From: Christensenellales bacterium
Lineage (GTDB): Bacteria; Bacillota; Clostridia; Christensenellales; CAZKXV01
Length of the DNA stretch: 64,000 bases
Reading direction: 5' to 3'
NCBI GenBank assembly: GCA_050952545.1
Contig: JBMNLD010000003.1
Span: 225,683-289,682 of the forward strand
In this document: piece by piece, positions 1 to 9,562 of the stretch
Position numbering within the stretch: position 1 is the first letter of the stretch
Layout: each line of letters starts with the position of its first letter
Translations under genes and position numbers: made by a program
Notes under the pieces: generated by a model
Told to the model about the DNA's origin: nothing
What the model saw: the letters and a program-made list of their open reading frames with translations, nothing else
The model's database searches: none

Positions 1-33
1 GACAACAGAAAAGCCGTGTGATACTCTCATTCT

Positions 34-738
34 ATGGTTAAGATACATAATCTCGGCAACTTTATCGTCAATTGTTTTGTCATTGAACAAGATAAGGGAT
101 TAATAATAATCGACAGCGGCTATCCGGGCGGTTTCTCCTCTTTTATTAAGAAGTTTAATAAAAAAGGCTTTAAGAAAGAGGATATTAAATTCCTTTTCCT
201 CACTCATTGCCATGACGACCATGTCGGATTTTACAAGGAATTGACGGAATTTACCGATGCGCCGGTTATTCTGCATCCTATTGCAGCGAAAAGGCTGAAA
301 CTCGGACATAATCCGCATACGCACGGCGCGTCATATAAGTTAATGCAGAAAATCTGTATTATGCAGAAAGACAAAGAAAAGCGTTTTCCGCCCATTGAAC
401 TGCCCGACAGATATCTGCTATTCAACGGCGAACAATTCATATTAGATAGCGGTATGCAAGGCAAAATCGTAAATCTGCCCGGTCATACCGCGGATTCAAT
501 CGGAATAATGCTTCCCGACGGGCGCCTTATAGCGGGCGATACGGCAATGAACATCCTTCTTGCCGTAAAGTATCATCCCCTGGTGCTCGAAGACCTTGAG
601 GCGCTTTATAACAGTTGGGATTATATGATAAATAACGCGAGGTTAATTATCACCTCACACGGCAGACCCATAAAAACAGATAAACTTGTCAAATGCCGGC
701 ATTATATGGACGGCAAACAGATTCTGAAAATTTATTGA
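34..738 (+). CDS. MBL-fold metallo-hydrolase
   Basis: 234 aa ORF with HxHxDH zinc motif 'LTHCHDDHVG' and downstream 'LPGHTADS'. Confidence 0.8.
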   Translation: MVKIHNLGNFIVNCFVIEQDKGLIIIDSGYPGGFSSFIKKFNKKGFKKEDIKFLFLTHCHDDHVGFYKELTEFTDAPVILHPIAAKRLKLGHNPHTHGASYKLMQKICIMQKDKEKRFPPIELPDRYLLFNGEQFILDSGMQGKIVNLPGHTADSIGIMLPDGRLIAGDTAMNILLAVKYHPLVLEDLEALYNSWDYMINNARLIITSHGRPIKTDKLVKCRHYMDGKQILKIY

Positions 739-1610
739 TTTAATAAATTGATAAGATATTTATATATAGCGGCCTCATCAAAGGCGTATTTCTTTACATT
801 CTCGTATGTGAATTGAATACTTTCGGCATAAGACGCCATTTTATTGATATCGTAGCCGCCTTTTATCTTTATCGCGTTAGCAATGGCGCCGCCTATCGCT
901 TGCTCGGGGCAATTGTAGACGCATTTCATACACAGCGCGCAGCGCCAACCGAAAACCGGCGCGTTGTCTTTCATAATTATATTGTCCGCAGGACAATTTT
1001 CGGCGCAAAGAGCGCAGCCGGTGCATTTAGAGTCGGCTTTTAGCGTTTTGCCCGACACATTGGCAAATAGCTTAAACGGCTCTAATAAAGTCCTTAATAC
1101 GCTGTCAATAAGCCTCGGCGTCTTCTTAAGACTCTTTCCCGATATTAAATCCTTTGTTACATTTTCAAGTTTAACGCTTAGCGCTTTGATCAGCAGCGCG
1201 TTCAATTCGTCCGGATACGGAGTAACGAAATTATTGGGCATTATCAGCATATCCTCGTATACCGTCTTATAGCCCTTTTTTAATAATTTTCTGATTACCT
1301 TTGAACGGCAGGAGGTATTCGATATCGCCTCGCCTCCCGCCGAAACGGATAAAATAACGAGGTCTGTAAGCGGCACGGGCACGGAATCGAGCTTTTTAAT
1401 AAATTTATAAACGAGAGCGCTCGCATCGCCCGCGTGCACGGGATACATTAAAACCATTACATCGACAGGCGCTATTTTCCCTCCGTCAGAAATTGATTTT
1501 ATATATGTATCGACGCCCTTATCAATGAGTGTATCCGTAAGTATTTTCGCGGCATACTCCGTCGAGCCCGTACCCGAAAAATATATTACTCCCGCGGTAT
1601 TATAACGCAT
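732..1610 (-). CDS. Flavodoxin-like / 2x[4Fe-4S] ferredoxin fusion protein (EFR1-type)
   Basis: N-terminal 'VIYFSGTGSTEY' flavodoxin-like loop. Two CxxCxxCxxxCP motifs (CTGCALCAENCP, CALCMKCVYNCP). RBS AAGAGGA upstream of the ATG. Last gene of the GRE operon. Confidence 0.75.
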   Translation of the reverse strand: MRYNTAGVIYFSGTGSTEYAAKILTDTLIDKGVDTYIKSISDGGKIAPVDVMVLMYPVHAGDASALVYKFIKKLDSVPVPLTDLVILSVSAGGEAISNTSCRSKVIRKLLKKGYKTVYEDMLIMPNNFVTPYPDELNALLIKALSVKLENVTKDLISGKSLKKTPRLIDSVLRTLLEPFKLFANVSGKTLKADSKCTGCALCAENCPADNIIMKDNAPVFGWRCALCMKCVYNCPEQAIGGAIANAIKIKGGYDINKMASYAESIQFTYENVKKYAFDEAAIYKYLINLLNQ

Positions 1611-1634
1611 AATTTATCCTCTTTAGATATTATA

Positions 1635-2438
1635 TCATATAGATTTTACTGTGTCATAAATGTAATTCATCTTAGGGGGCATAGAGTTATATACCCTGTC
1701 AATTTTAACCGACGCGATACCTTTATCGAAGCCGCTGAAAACGCCCTTTACAAGCACATTTTCCATTTGAAGATTCAAGCCGAATACCGCGACCCGCGCG
1801 CCCTTATTAATTTTACTTAATTCACCAGCGTAAGGCTTGTCGGACAATACTATTGTATCGGGCGAGGACGCCTGCGCGGGAATTTGCGGAATTATCACGG
1901 GATATCCCTCTTGGTTTATGTAGCTTATAAAGGTAAGCGTGTCAATCTTCTTCATAAGATTATACGCCCACGGCTTCAGCGCCTGCGTATTCCCTTTAAC
2001 GCGGCATTTTCTTATCAGTACTTTCAGCGCGTTTATAATGATATCTTTCATATTGAGAACGCGCTTTTCGGACACATCGACAAGGTCCAGATAATGCACG
2101 GTATGTATGCCGAAATAAGAATTATATCTGTATTTAGGCTGCATATTATACATTATATAATCTTCGCCTTCGGTCTTAGAGTGCGTCCATTTCATCGTAC
2201 CCGTCCAGAATTCTTTCTGTAAATTCATTATGAGAAAGCCGGATTTGTTATTCTGCCTGATATATTCCTTGCTCAGTCCGGTAATGAATTCTCCGAACAT
2301 CATCTTGTCTTCGCTTTTAGCCATAATCGTCGAAAGAATGGTTATATGCGGATCGCCTATATCGTCTACGGTTGAGACTAATCCTACTTTAATAGTCTTT
2401 TCAAATTCTTTCATAGTTTCCGCGGATATCTTGTTCAT
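1635..2438 (-). CDS. Hypothetical protein, tandem PNPOx-like (split-barrel, FMN-binding-like) domains
   Basis: 267 aa. Both halves resemble the pyridoxamine-5'-phosphate-oxidase-like fold by eye. ATGA overlap with the activase stop. GGAGG RBS. Confidence 0.45.
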   Translation of the reverse strand: MNKISAETMKEFEKTIKVGLVSTVDDIGDPHITILSTIMAKSEDKMMFGEFITGLSKEYIRQNNKSGFLIMNLQKEFWTGTMKWTHSKTEGEDYIMYNMQPKYRYNSYFGIHTVHYLDLVDVSEKRVLNMKDIIINALKVLIRKCRVKGNTQALKPWAYNLMKKIDTLTFISYINQEGYPVIIPQIPAQASSPDTIVLSDKPYAGELSKINKGARVAVFGLNLQMENVLVKGVFSGFDKGIASVKIDRVYNSMPPKMNYIYDTVKSI

Positions 2439-3361
2439 ACTACCTCCTCATTGAGCTTTACGGCTCCCGTCCAGAATGTTTCTATACCTGACGATTTTGC
2501 CGCCTGAAGCAGCAAATCCATTTGCTCTCTCTCCATAAGCGGACTGTCGTAAAATTCCCATTTCATATTAAGCCTTGAATATTTATCCCTGCATAGATTA
2601 TTAAACGCGCACAGCTCCCACCTGTCCGCTCTGCCCGAGATAAGCTTCGCTATCGCCTCTATATTTTCGACTGTGTCCGTAGCGCCGGGAATTATCGGCG
2701 TTCTGATCCATATTTTAGCGCCCGTATCTTTGACTTTTTCAGCAAGATAATTAAAATTATCGAGTATTCTGCCGTTGGACTTGCCGGTAAATTCCTTATG
2801 CAGCCCGTCGTCCATCAGCTTGATATCATAAAGGAACAAATCCGTATACGGCAATACCTTGTCGATATCCTCTTTACCGCAATAGCCCGATGTGTCCACG
2901 GCGGTGTTTATACCCGCGCTTTTTAATTTTCTCAGAAGCTCAGCCGCCTCGCCGGCTTGCGACAGTATTTCGCCGCCCGATAGCGTAACGCCGCCGTCCG
3001 TTCCGAAATACGCGCGGTCTTTTATCAGTTCGTCGTACAATTCGTCCGCGCTCTTACTCTCACCTTTGACCTCGATAGCAAGCGTAGGGCACTCGCGCGC
3101 GCATTTAAGGCATAGCTTGCATTTATCCCTTTGTATCGTAATGCCCTCGCTCTCCGTTATCAGCGCGTTGTTCGGGCAGTTTTCAGCACATATCCCGCAC
3201 CCTATGCATCTGACTTTTATCCATTCGATCTGCTTATTAAAGGAAATGCTCTCTGGATTATGGCACCATTTGCAGGCAAGCGGGCAGCCTTTTACAAAAA
3301 GCGTAGTTCTGAGCCCCGGGCCGTCTTCGGTCGACATCCTCTGAATATTTAATATCAGCAT
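2435..3361 (-). CDS. Glycyl-radical enzyme activating enzyme (radical SAM)
   Basis: 'GCPLACKWCHNPE' CxxxCxxC radical-SAM motif. Two ferredoxin-type clusters (CIGCGICAENCP, CKLCLKCARECP). Shares 1 nt with the GRE stop codon. Confidence 0.9.
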   Translation of the reverse strand: MLILNIQRMSTEDGPGLRTTLFVKGCPLACKWCHNPESISFNKQIEWIKVRCIGCGICAENCPNNALITESEGITIQRDKCKLCLKCARECPTLAIEVKGESKSADELYDELIKDRAYFGTDGGVTLSGGEILSQAGEAAELLRKLKSAGINTAVDTSGYCGKEDIDKVLPYTDLFLYDIKLMDDGLHKEFTGKSNGRILDNFNYLAEKVKDTGAKIWIRTPIIPGATDTVENIEAIAKLISGRADRWELCAFNNLCRDKYSRLNMKWEFYDSPLMEREQMDLLLQAAKSSGIETFWTGAVKLNEEVV

Positions 3362-5853
3362 CAGAATCTCCCGTGGCTTTCTCTCGCGATAATTTCATCC
3401 TGTAATTCCCTGCCTATGCTCGTAAAGTACGCGTTATAGCCCGTTACTCTTACGAGCAGATGCCTGAATTCGGACGGATGTTTCTGCGCTTCTTTCAACA
3501 CTTTGGGGTCAAGGATGTTAATCTGGAGCGCCGTGCCGCCGTTCTCGATATAACCTTTTAAGAAAGACTTGAATTTCTGCTTATGGTCGCTTGATTTGAC
3601 GAGAGCGGTATTAAATGTGATCGTATGGCTTGCGCCGTTCGGTAGGTTGTTGAGATAATCGAGATAATCGCCTTTTTCGCTCTTGCCGCCGAGCACCGTA
3701 CCCACGGAATTGCTGTTAGCCGTCGGCCCGTTGATGTCCGCGCCGTTGGACGGGCAAATCGCGTTGGACAGGAACTGACCCTTGCATCTGCCGTTGGGGC
3801 TTGCGTTCAGGATATATCCCGAGCCGATCCAGTAATTCCAGCTGAGCATGCCCGGTCTGAACTGCCTGTCAGTGGATTGGGTCTTGTATTTCCATACCTC
3901 GGATGTCCATAAATCCATTACTTTCCTGCCCATCTCGTCCGCCTCTTTGTCGTCTCTGCCGTATTTCGGAGCGCGATTTAACGCCTTTGCCTGCAAGACC
4001 TCGTAGCCTTTCCAGTTCGCTTTTAACGCCTCGACGAGCTCGGTTAAAGTGCATTCCTTATTGTCATATACGAGATATTTTACCGCAAGCAGAGAATCCA
4101 CCGTAGTCGCGAATGTAACTCCCTCAATCGTCGTAAACGACAATTCCGCGCCGCCCTCGGTGATATCCGCGCATTTTTCGATACAGCCTTTGACAAGCAG
4201 CGACAGATACGGCGTAGGATTGTATTTCGCCCTGATAGCTTCGCTTAATTCGTAATTGTCGACGATTTTCTTAACGATGAATTTCATCTGTTCTGCAAAC
4301 GCTTGATAGAATTTGTCAAAAGTATCAAGTTCGCTAAGTTCGCCCGTAACTGGTCCCTCCTGCCTGATTTCGGACAGTTTGCCCGTCATCTCGTCTTCGT
4401 AGGGGAGCAAATCCTTACCGTTATTGAAAACGAGTTCGAGCGCCTTTAACAAATTAAGGTTATTGTCCACGGTGCCCGAGCGGTCATTGCCGACCATTGT
4501 ATTCTCAAGGCACCCTACGGACGCGTAATCGTGTACATTGTCGATATTTATCAGATGAGTAACATTAGCCTCTTTGGCTTCTCTTAGCATACCCGCCATA
4601 GAGCGTTCGTCGAAATTAAGCAGAAAGGGCGCGCCCTGGCTCACCGAAATCATATCCACGACCTTATCCAGCAGCTTGTCGGGGGAATTCCTGTGCAGCC
4701 TGACATTGGGCTTAGGCTCCAATATCGGGCTCATGTCGTTTATCACATCGAGCAGCAGATAAGTGAGATCGTTGGTCATATCCGCGCCGCCTTTGCCCAT
4801 GCCCGACAGATTAAAGAGCTGTCCGAATCCCGCCGTAATGCCCTGATTGCCGCCCACTCTGATTTGCGCGTCGTACGCCGTATTGCAGTGCACCCAGAAG
4901 CATCCGAGTATTTCTTTCATGAACTCCCTGCTCATCCCGTTTTTTACGGAAATTTCATAATAGGGGAACAGATACTGGTCAAGCCTGCCGAAAGATACGC
5001 CAGGACCGGGGTAATTCTCGTCCGCCATAACGAGCATATGAGTAAACCACAGCGACTGCACCGCCTGCCAGAAGTCCTTGGCGCCGCGCCACGGCACGGT
5101 CTCAAGATTGACGCTCATAGTAATAAGCTCTCTCTTGCGTACTTCGTCCTGTTCTTTCGCCGCCAGCTCTTTAAGCAATTCGGAATATTTCTCAGCGAGC
5201 TCCTTGGGCATTTCAGCCGCGGTCATCATAGCGCGTATGACCGAGCCCTTATGCCCCTTTTTCTCTTTATCCGTTAAGCTGTCGTAGCGCTTGGTAAGTT
5301 CGGCGTAAACGCCCTCGAAACCCTCTCTTAAAATCTTCGCGTAATCGGATATCAAGTGTCCGCTCGTTGCGCCGCTGTTGCCGTAACCGTGCTCGTAGAG
5401 GAATTTCATATTTTCCCGCGCTTTCTCGACGAGCTTCTTTCTCTTTCTCGCCTCGCTCTTGTTAAGGCACATCGACGCCTGCATATTGAAATTCGAGCCC
5501 GCGATTAAATCGCCCTTTAAGACATATTTCGGCAGATGATTAACAACCGTTTCTTTTATAAACAGCGCGCGCCTTTCAATCAGCGACTTCTTGAAGAAAT
5601 CCTCGCCCATATCGATATTTTCAGCCGCCTGAACGCAGGACGAGCCGAATGTGACTAGAAAGGAATACATCTCGGGCACTATGTAATACGATATCTCGTT
5701 AAACTGCGTATCCCAGGGCGTTCCCGTCGAATAAACGCTGTATTCGTTATTCCATTCTCTTTTTATGCCCTCGAAATAATAATCTCTTAAATATCTCACT
5801 CTTTCCGAGAGATTGCCGGGCTGCTTAATTGCTTCTTTAGGATTAACAGCCAT
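3361..5853 (-). CDS. Glycyl radical enzyme, PFL superfamily, eliminase/dehydratase-like, substrate unknown
   Basis: 830 aa. C-terminal glycyl radical motif 'VRVTGYNAYF'. Cys loop 'SVGCLENTMVG' (GCxE type). AGGAGG RBS. Confidence 0.9.
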   Translation of the reverse strand: MAVNPKEAIKQPGNLSERVRYLRDYYFEGIKREWNNEYSVYSTGTPWDTQFNEISYYIVPEMYSFLVTFGSSCVQAAENIDMGEDFFKKSLIERRALFIKETVVNHLPKYVLKGDLIAGSNFNMQASMCLNKSEARKRKKLVEKARENMKFLYEHGYGNSGATSGHLISDYAKILREGFEGVYAELTKRYDSLTDKEKKGHKGSVIRAMMTAAEMPKELAEKYSELLKELAAKEQDEVRKRELITMSVNLETVPWRGAKDFWQAVQSLWFTHMLVMADENYPGPGVSFGRLDQYLFPYYEISVKNGMSREFMKEILGCFWVHCNTAYDAQIRVGGNQGITAGFGQLFNLSGMGKGGADMTNDLTYLLLDVINDMSPILEPKPNVRLHRNSPDKLLDKVVDMISVSQGAPFLLNFDERSMAGMLREAKEANVTHLINIDNVHDYASVGCLENTMVGNDRSGTVDNNLNLLKALELVFNNGKDLLPYEDEMTGKLSEIRQEGPVTGELSELDTFDKFYQAFAEQMKFIVKKIVDNYELSEAIRAKYNPTPYLSLLVKGCIEKCADITEGGAELSFTTIEGVTFATTVDSLLAVKYLVYDNKECTLTELVEALKANWKGYEVLQAKALNRAPKYGRDDKEADEMGRKVMDLWTSEVWKYKTQSTDRQFRPGMLSWNYWIGSGYILNASPNGRCKGQFLSNAICPSNGADINGPTANSNSVGTVLGGKSEKGDYLDYLNNLPNGASHTITFNTALVKSSDHKQKFKSFLKGYIENGGTALQINILDPKVLKEAQKHPSEFRHLLVRVTGYNAYFTSIGRELQDEIIARESHGRF

Positions 5854-5854
5854 A

Positions 5855-6559
5855 CTATACCTCCTTTAATACCTTATTGACGACTTTTTCGCCGTGGACG
5901 AGAAGCTCCTGCATGATATTCTTAGCGGCGTCCGCGTCTTTTTCTTTGATTGCCTTATACAGCCTTAAATGATGGTTATACACGAATTGATAGACATCCT
6001 TTTCGCTGTAAAAGTCGTGTATGAGCTTGTATGTCGAATGCTCGAAAGATTTCAGCATCAGCGGATATACCATATTGCCGGACGCGACCGCTATTGTGTG
6101 ATGAAACATCAAGTCCGTTAACACGACTTCGTCTATCGTTCTGTCAGGTCTCTGTTCGCTCTGGATAATTTTCTTAAGTTTATAAAGGTCTTCATTAGTG
6201 CGGTTTGCTGCCGCCTTGTACGCGCATTCGCACTCAATGAGCATCCTCGAATCAAATATACTCTTAAGCAGCGTCTCGTCATAGATGCGGTATTCCATTA
6301 TGCCGTTAACGACTGCGAGCGTGCCCTCTCTGCGCCAGTTGTTGACCACCGTCCACTTTCTCGGAACGGTCTTCAAGTAGCCCTTGTTGATAAGCTCGAC
6401 AATCCCCGCGTTAATGACCGAACGGCTCAAATTCATGCTCGCGGCAAGCTCTCTCAGTGTCGGCACCCTCTGCCCTATTTCCCATTCGCCTTTGAGTATC
6501 TTCAACTCAACGGCCTTGACAAATTCCTGCGTAAGTGAGAGTTTACTGATAATAATCAC
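5855..6559 (-). CDS. GntR-family (FadR/FCD-type) transcriptional regulator
   Basis: N-terminal wHTH 'RVPTLRELAASMNLSRSVINAGIVELINKGYL' plus helical C-terminal domain. GTG start is uncertain. First gene of the GRE operon. Confidence 0.8.
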   Translation of the reverse strand: MIIISKLSLTQEFVKAVELKILKGEWEIGQRVPTLRELAASMNLSRSVINAGIVELINKGYLKTVPRKWTVVNNWRREGTLAVVNGIMEYRIYDETLLKSIFDSRMLIECECAYKAAANRTNEDLYKLKKIIQSEQRPDRTIDEVVLTDLMFHHTIAVASGNMVYPLMLKSFEHSTYKLIHDFYSEKDVYQFVYNHHLRLYKAIKEKDADAAKNIMQELLVHGEKVVNKVLKEV

Positions 6560-6572
6560 CGCCTTTTAATCG

Positions 6573-6589
6573 CTGTGGTATTACCACAG
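6573..6589. promoter_or_regulatory. Perfect 17 bp palindrome CTGTGGTA-T-TACCACAG, candidate GntR/FadR-type operator
   Basis: The TGGTA-N-TACCA core fits the classic GntR-family half-site logic. It lies directly downstream of the predicted -10 box. Confidence 0.5.
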
Positions 6590-6593
6590 AACC

Positions 6594-6622
6594 ATTATAA
6601 CACTATATTTTAATAAATGCAA
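6594..6622 (-). promoter_or_regulatory. Sigma-70-like promoter of the GntR-GRE operon
   Basis: Minus strand TTGCAT (6622-6617), 17 nt spacer, TATAAT (6599-6594). Confidence 0.5.
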
Positions 6623-6661
6623 TACTAAATTTTTAAGAATATTAATATTTATTAGGAAATG

Positions 6662-6688
6662 AAAAAGCGCCTGTATCCGGCGCTTTTT
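6662..6688. terminator. Bidirectional intrinsic terminator after purA
   Basis: AAAAAGCGCC-TGTATCC-GGCGCTTTTT hairpin directly after the purA stop codon. Confidence 0.7.
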
Positions 6689-6689
6689 A

Positions 6690-7961
6690 TTATCTTGCGA
6701 GTTGTTCTCTTTCGGGGCCTACCCCGACATATTTTACGGGCACTTTTACCGTATCTTCTATCAGTCTGATGTAGTTTAGGGCGTTTTCGGGCAGCTCGGA
6801 GATTTTTCGGATTTTAGTAGTGTCGCACAACCAGCCCGGGATAGTCTTATATACGCATTCCACACGCTCGAGCTCTCTTGTCGAGGGCATATAGTCTATC
6901 ACCTTGCCGTCCAGCTTATACGCGACACAGACTTTTAGTTCATTGAAGTTGTCGAGCTTGTCGATTTTCATCAGCGCAATGTCCGTAAAGCCGTTGATTG
7001 TCGCCGCGTATTTGACCGCGACTAAATCCGGCCATCCTAGCCTTCTCGCCCTGCCTGTTCTCGCGCCGTATTCGTCGTCCGCCTTCTCGCCCGTGCCGCG
7101 GAAGCGCTCCGCTTCGTCGTCTGGCATCTCGGTCGGAAACGGGCCTTTGCCCACCGCGCTCGAAAACGCTTTCATAACGCCCGTGATATCCGTAATCTTG
7201 TGGTGCGGGAATCCGCCGCCTACCGCCGCGTACGCCGCCACGGGATTAGAGGATGTGACATAGGGATAGGTGCCGAGGTCGAGGTCCTTCATCGCGCCGA
7301 GCTGACCCTCAAAGATGATATTTTTCCCTTGGTCAATCGCCTTGTTTACAAAGGACACAGGCTCGACTATCCGCATAGATAAAACCTCCGCCCACTTCGA
7401 TATTTTAGCTTTCAGCTCATCAATATCGCACTCCGCCGCGCCCTGGGCTACGAGTTCGCGGTTAATAGTGTCGAGGATGATACTCAGCCTGTCATATGCG
7501 TATTCAAGGTCAAGCAAGTCCTCGAATCTTAACGCGAGCCGCCTTGCCCTGTCCTGATACGCGTAAGCAATGCCTCTTTTCGTGCTGCCGATTGAGCCGG
7601 TGCCCGATTCTTTGATGTTGTCGAATGTTATATGATGGGGCATAAGGATTGTCGCCTTAGACGAAATCAGCACATTGTTCACATCCACCCCGGCGCCGCT
7701 TATCATTTCGAGTTCTTTAAGCAGTTCGTCCGGATTGATGACCATTCCGGTATTACAAAGGCATATGCAGCCTTTCTTGAATACGCCGCTCGGAATCAAA
7801 TGCGTCTTGAAAGTGCCGTATTCGTTAATCACGGTATGCCCCGCATTGTCTCCGCCCTGAAAGCGCACCACCATATCCGCGGTCTCGGCAAAATAATCCA
7901 CCATTTTGCCCTTTCCCTCATCGCCCCATTGCGCTCCGACAATAACTCTTACTGATGACAT
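6690..7961 (-). CDS. purA: Adenylosuccinate synthase
   Basis: 'GAQWGDEGKGK' P-loop. 423 aa. Confidence 0.95.
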   Translation of the reverse strand: MSSVRVIVGAQWGDEGKGKMVDYFAETADMVVRFQGGDNAGHTVINEYGTFKTHLIPSGVFKKGCICLCNTGMVINPDELLKELEMISGAGVDVNNVLISSKATILMPHHITFDNIKESGTGSIGSTKRGIAYAYQDRARRLALRFEDLLDLEYAYDRLSIILDTINRELVAQGAAECDIDELKAKISKWAEVLSMRIVEPVSFVNKAIDQGKNIIFEGQLGAMKDLDLGTYPYVTSSNPVAAYAAVGGGFPHHKITDITGVMKAFSSAVGKGPFPTEMPDDEAERFRGTGEKADDEYGARTGRARRLGWPDLVAVKYAATINGFTDIALMKIDKLDNFNELKVCVAYKLDGKVIDYMPSTRELERVECVYKTIPGWLCDTTKIRKISELPENALNYIRLIEDTVKVPVKYVGVGPEREQLAR

Positions 7962-7963
7962 TG

Positions 7964-9370
7964 TTATTCCATCCTTAATTTGTCTATTTTATTTATGCCG
8001 ACCTCGATCGGATATTTGCCTGAAAAGCAGCCAGTGCAAATGTCGAGATTTGCCCCGCCGCACATCTCGCGTAATTCCTCTATGCCTAGATACTCCACGC
8101 TGTCGCAGCCTAGGATGGCGGCAATCATCTCCTGGGTGTTTTTCGCGCCGATAAGCTCCCCCTCGTTCTGAATGTCTATTCCGAAATAGCAGGCGAACTT
8201 AACGGGAGGGGATGTAATGCGCATATGCACTTCTCTGGCGCCCGCCTCGTAAAGCAGGGATATAATATTCTTGCAGGTCGTGCCTCTGACGATAGAATCG
8301 TCAATAAGTATTATGCGCTTGCCCCGGACATTGTGCTTTATTGCCGCGAGCTTTATCTTGACCATATTTTCTCTCTCGGATTGCTGGGGCTGGATGAATG
8401 TCCTGCCTATATAGCGGTTTTTAGACAGCACCTCGGTAAAGGGTATGCCCGAATAATCTGCATACGCCTGGGCCGCAACCGCCGCAGTGTCCGGTACGGA
8501 CGAGACAATATCCGCTTCTACCGAATGGTTTTTAGCGAGCAACTCTCCCGCCTTTCTCCTTGCGTTATAGACCGCGAGTCCGTCAATTACCGAATCCGTT
8601 CTCGCAAAATATACGAATTCGAACGAGCAAAGCCCCTTTGGCCTTTCGCCGTCTATGTTGTATGAATGTATGCCCGTAATGTCGACAATCAGAATCTCGC
8701 CCGGTCTGATATCCCTTGTAAACGCCGCGCCTACGACATCAAGAGCGGGAGTCTCGCTCGCGATGACTACGGTGCCGTCGGGCTTTTCGCCCATGACGAG
8801 CGGTCTTATACCCGACTGGTCTCTGACAGCTATCAGGCGGTTTTTATCCATCATGGTGAAGGCGTAAGAACCTTTAAGGTCTTTCGCGGCGAAACTTATC
8901 GCCTTTACAATATCGCCGTCGTAATAGAGATTAATGAGCGCCGCGATAATCTCGGAATCAATTGTCGTCTGCAGGAGAATTTTCTTATCGGTAAGCCGTT
9001 CGCGCACCTCGCCGCTGTTAAAAATATTGCCGTTATGCCCGAGCGCGATTTCGCCGCTTCTGCCCGATATCAGCAGGGGCTGGGAATTGACTATATTCGA
9101 GCTTCCCGTAGTCGAATATCTGACATGGCCTATCGCGATGTTGCTTTTCGGAAAGCTTTTCAGGATATTATCGGACATCACCTGGGGCACCATACCCATA
9201 TTCTTGTAGCAGCTCACTCCGTCCGCGGTCGCGTACGCAAGCCCGGCGCTCTCCTCGCCTCTGTGTTGAAGCGCGAAAAGCCCTAACTGTACGTCATAGA
9301 CTATATCGTAAGGTGTCTTGCTGTAAATACCGAATACGCCGCAGGCTTCTTTGATTTTATCCGATGTCAT
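7964..9370 (-). CDS. purF: Amidophosphoribosyltransferase
   Basis: N-terminal 'ACGVFGI' Ntn-Cys. PRTase 'IILIDDSIVRGTT'. C-terminal Fe-S cysteines. Confidence 0.95.
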   Translation of the reverse strand: MTSDKIKEACGVFGIYSKTPYDIVYDVQLGLFALQHRGEESAGLAYATADGVSCYKNMGMVPQVMSDNILKSFPKSNIAIGHVRYSTTGSSNIVNSQPLLISGRSGEIALGHNGNIFNSGEVRERLTDKKILLQTTIDSEIIAALINLYYDGDIVKAISFAAKDLKGSYAFTMMDKNRLIAVRDQSGIRPLVMGEKPDGTVVIASETPALDVVGAAFTRDIRPGEILIVDITGIHSYNIDGERPKGLCSFEFVYFARTDSVIDGLAVYNARRKAGELLAKNHSVEADIVSSVPDTAAVAAQAYADYSGIPFTEVLSKNRYIGRTFIQPQQSERENMVKIKLAAIKHNVRGKRIILIDDSIVRGTTCKNIISLLYEAGAREVHMRITSPPVKFACYFGIDIQNEGELIGAKNTQEMIAAILGCDSVEYLGIEELREMCGGANLDICTGCFSGKYPIEVGINKIDKLRME

Positions 9371-9562
9371 ATATTATCCTCTTAACCGATTGCAAAAACA
9401 TTATAACAAATAAATGCTTAAAAGTCAGTTAAAAGTAATATGTTTTTTCGGTCGACTCCTCTTCCCTCGCGTATACCGCTCTGCTTATTTGTCTGTTATG
9501 CTGTTATAATAATTAATATATAATCAAGCGATTACGATAACAACTCTATTTGAAACGATAAA

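Noticed and set aside
4693-5277. Long antisense ORFs inside real genes: 4693-5277, 8666-9286, 11057-11656, 17812-18324, 35781-36365, 57639-58047 and others.
   Set aside because: Each lies fully within, and opposite to, a gene with clear family motifs. The translations are Arg/Ser/Leu-rich with low complexity, and no RBS is present. They are typical shadow ORFs.
9371-9562. Expected purine, ZTP or PRPP riboswitch in the purF 5' region (minus strand).
   Set aside because: I found only a TATAAT-like box and an AAGAGGA RBS. None of the conserved cores I remember for purine, ZTP (pfl) or ykkC-subtype aptamers is present on the transcribed strand. Only a covariance-model scan could exclude them formally.
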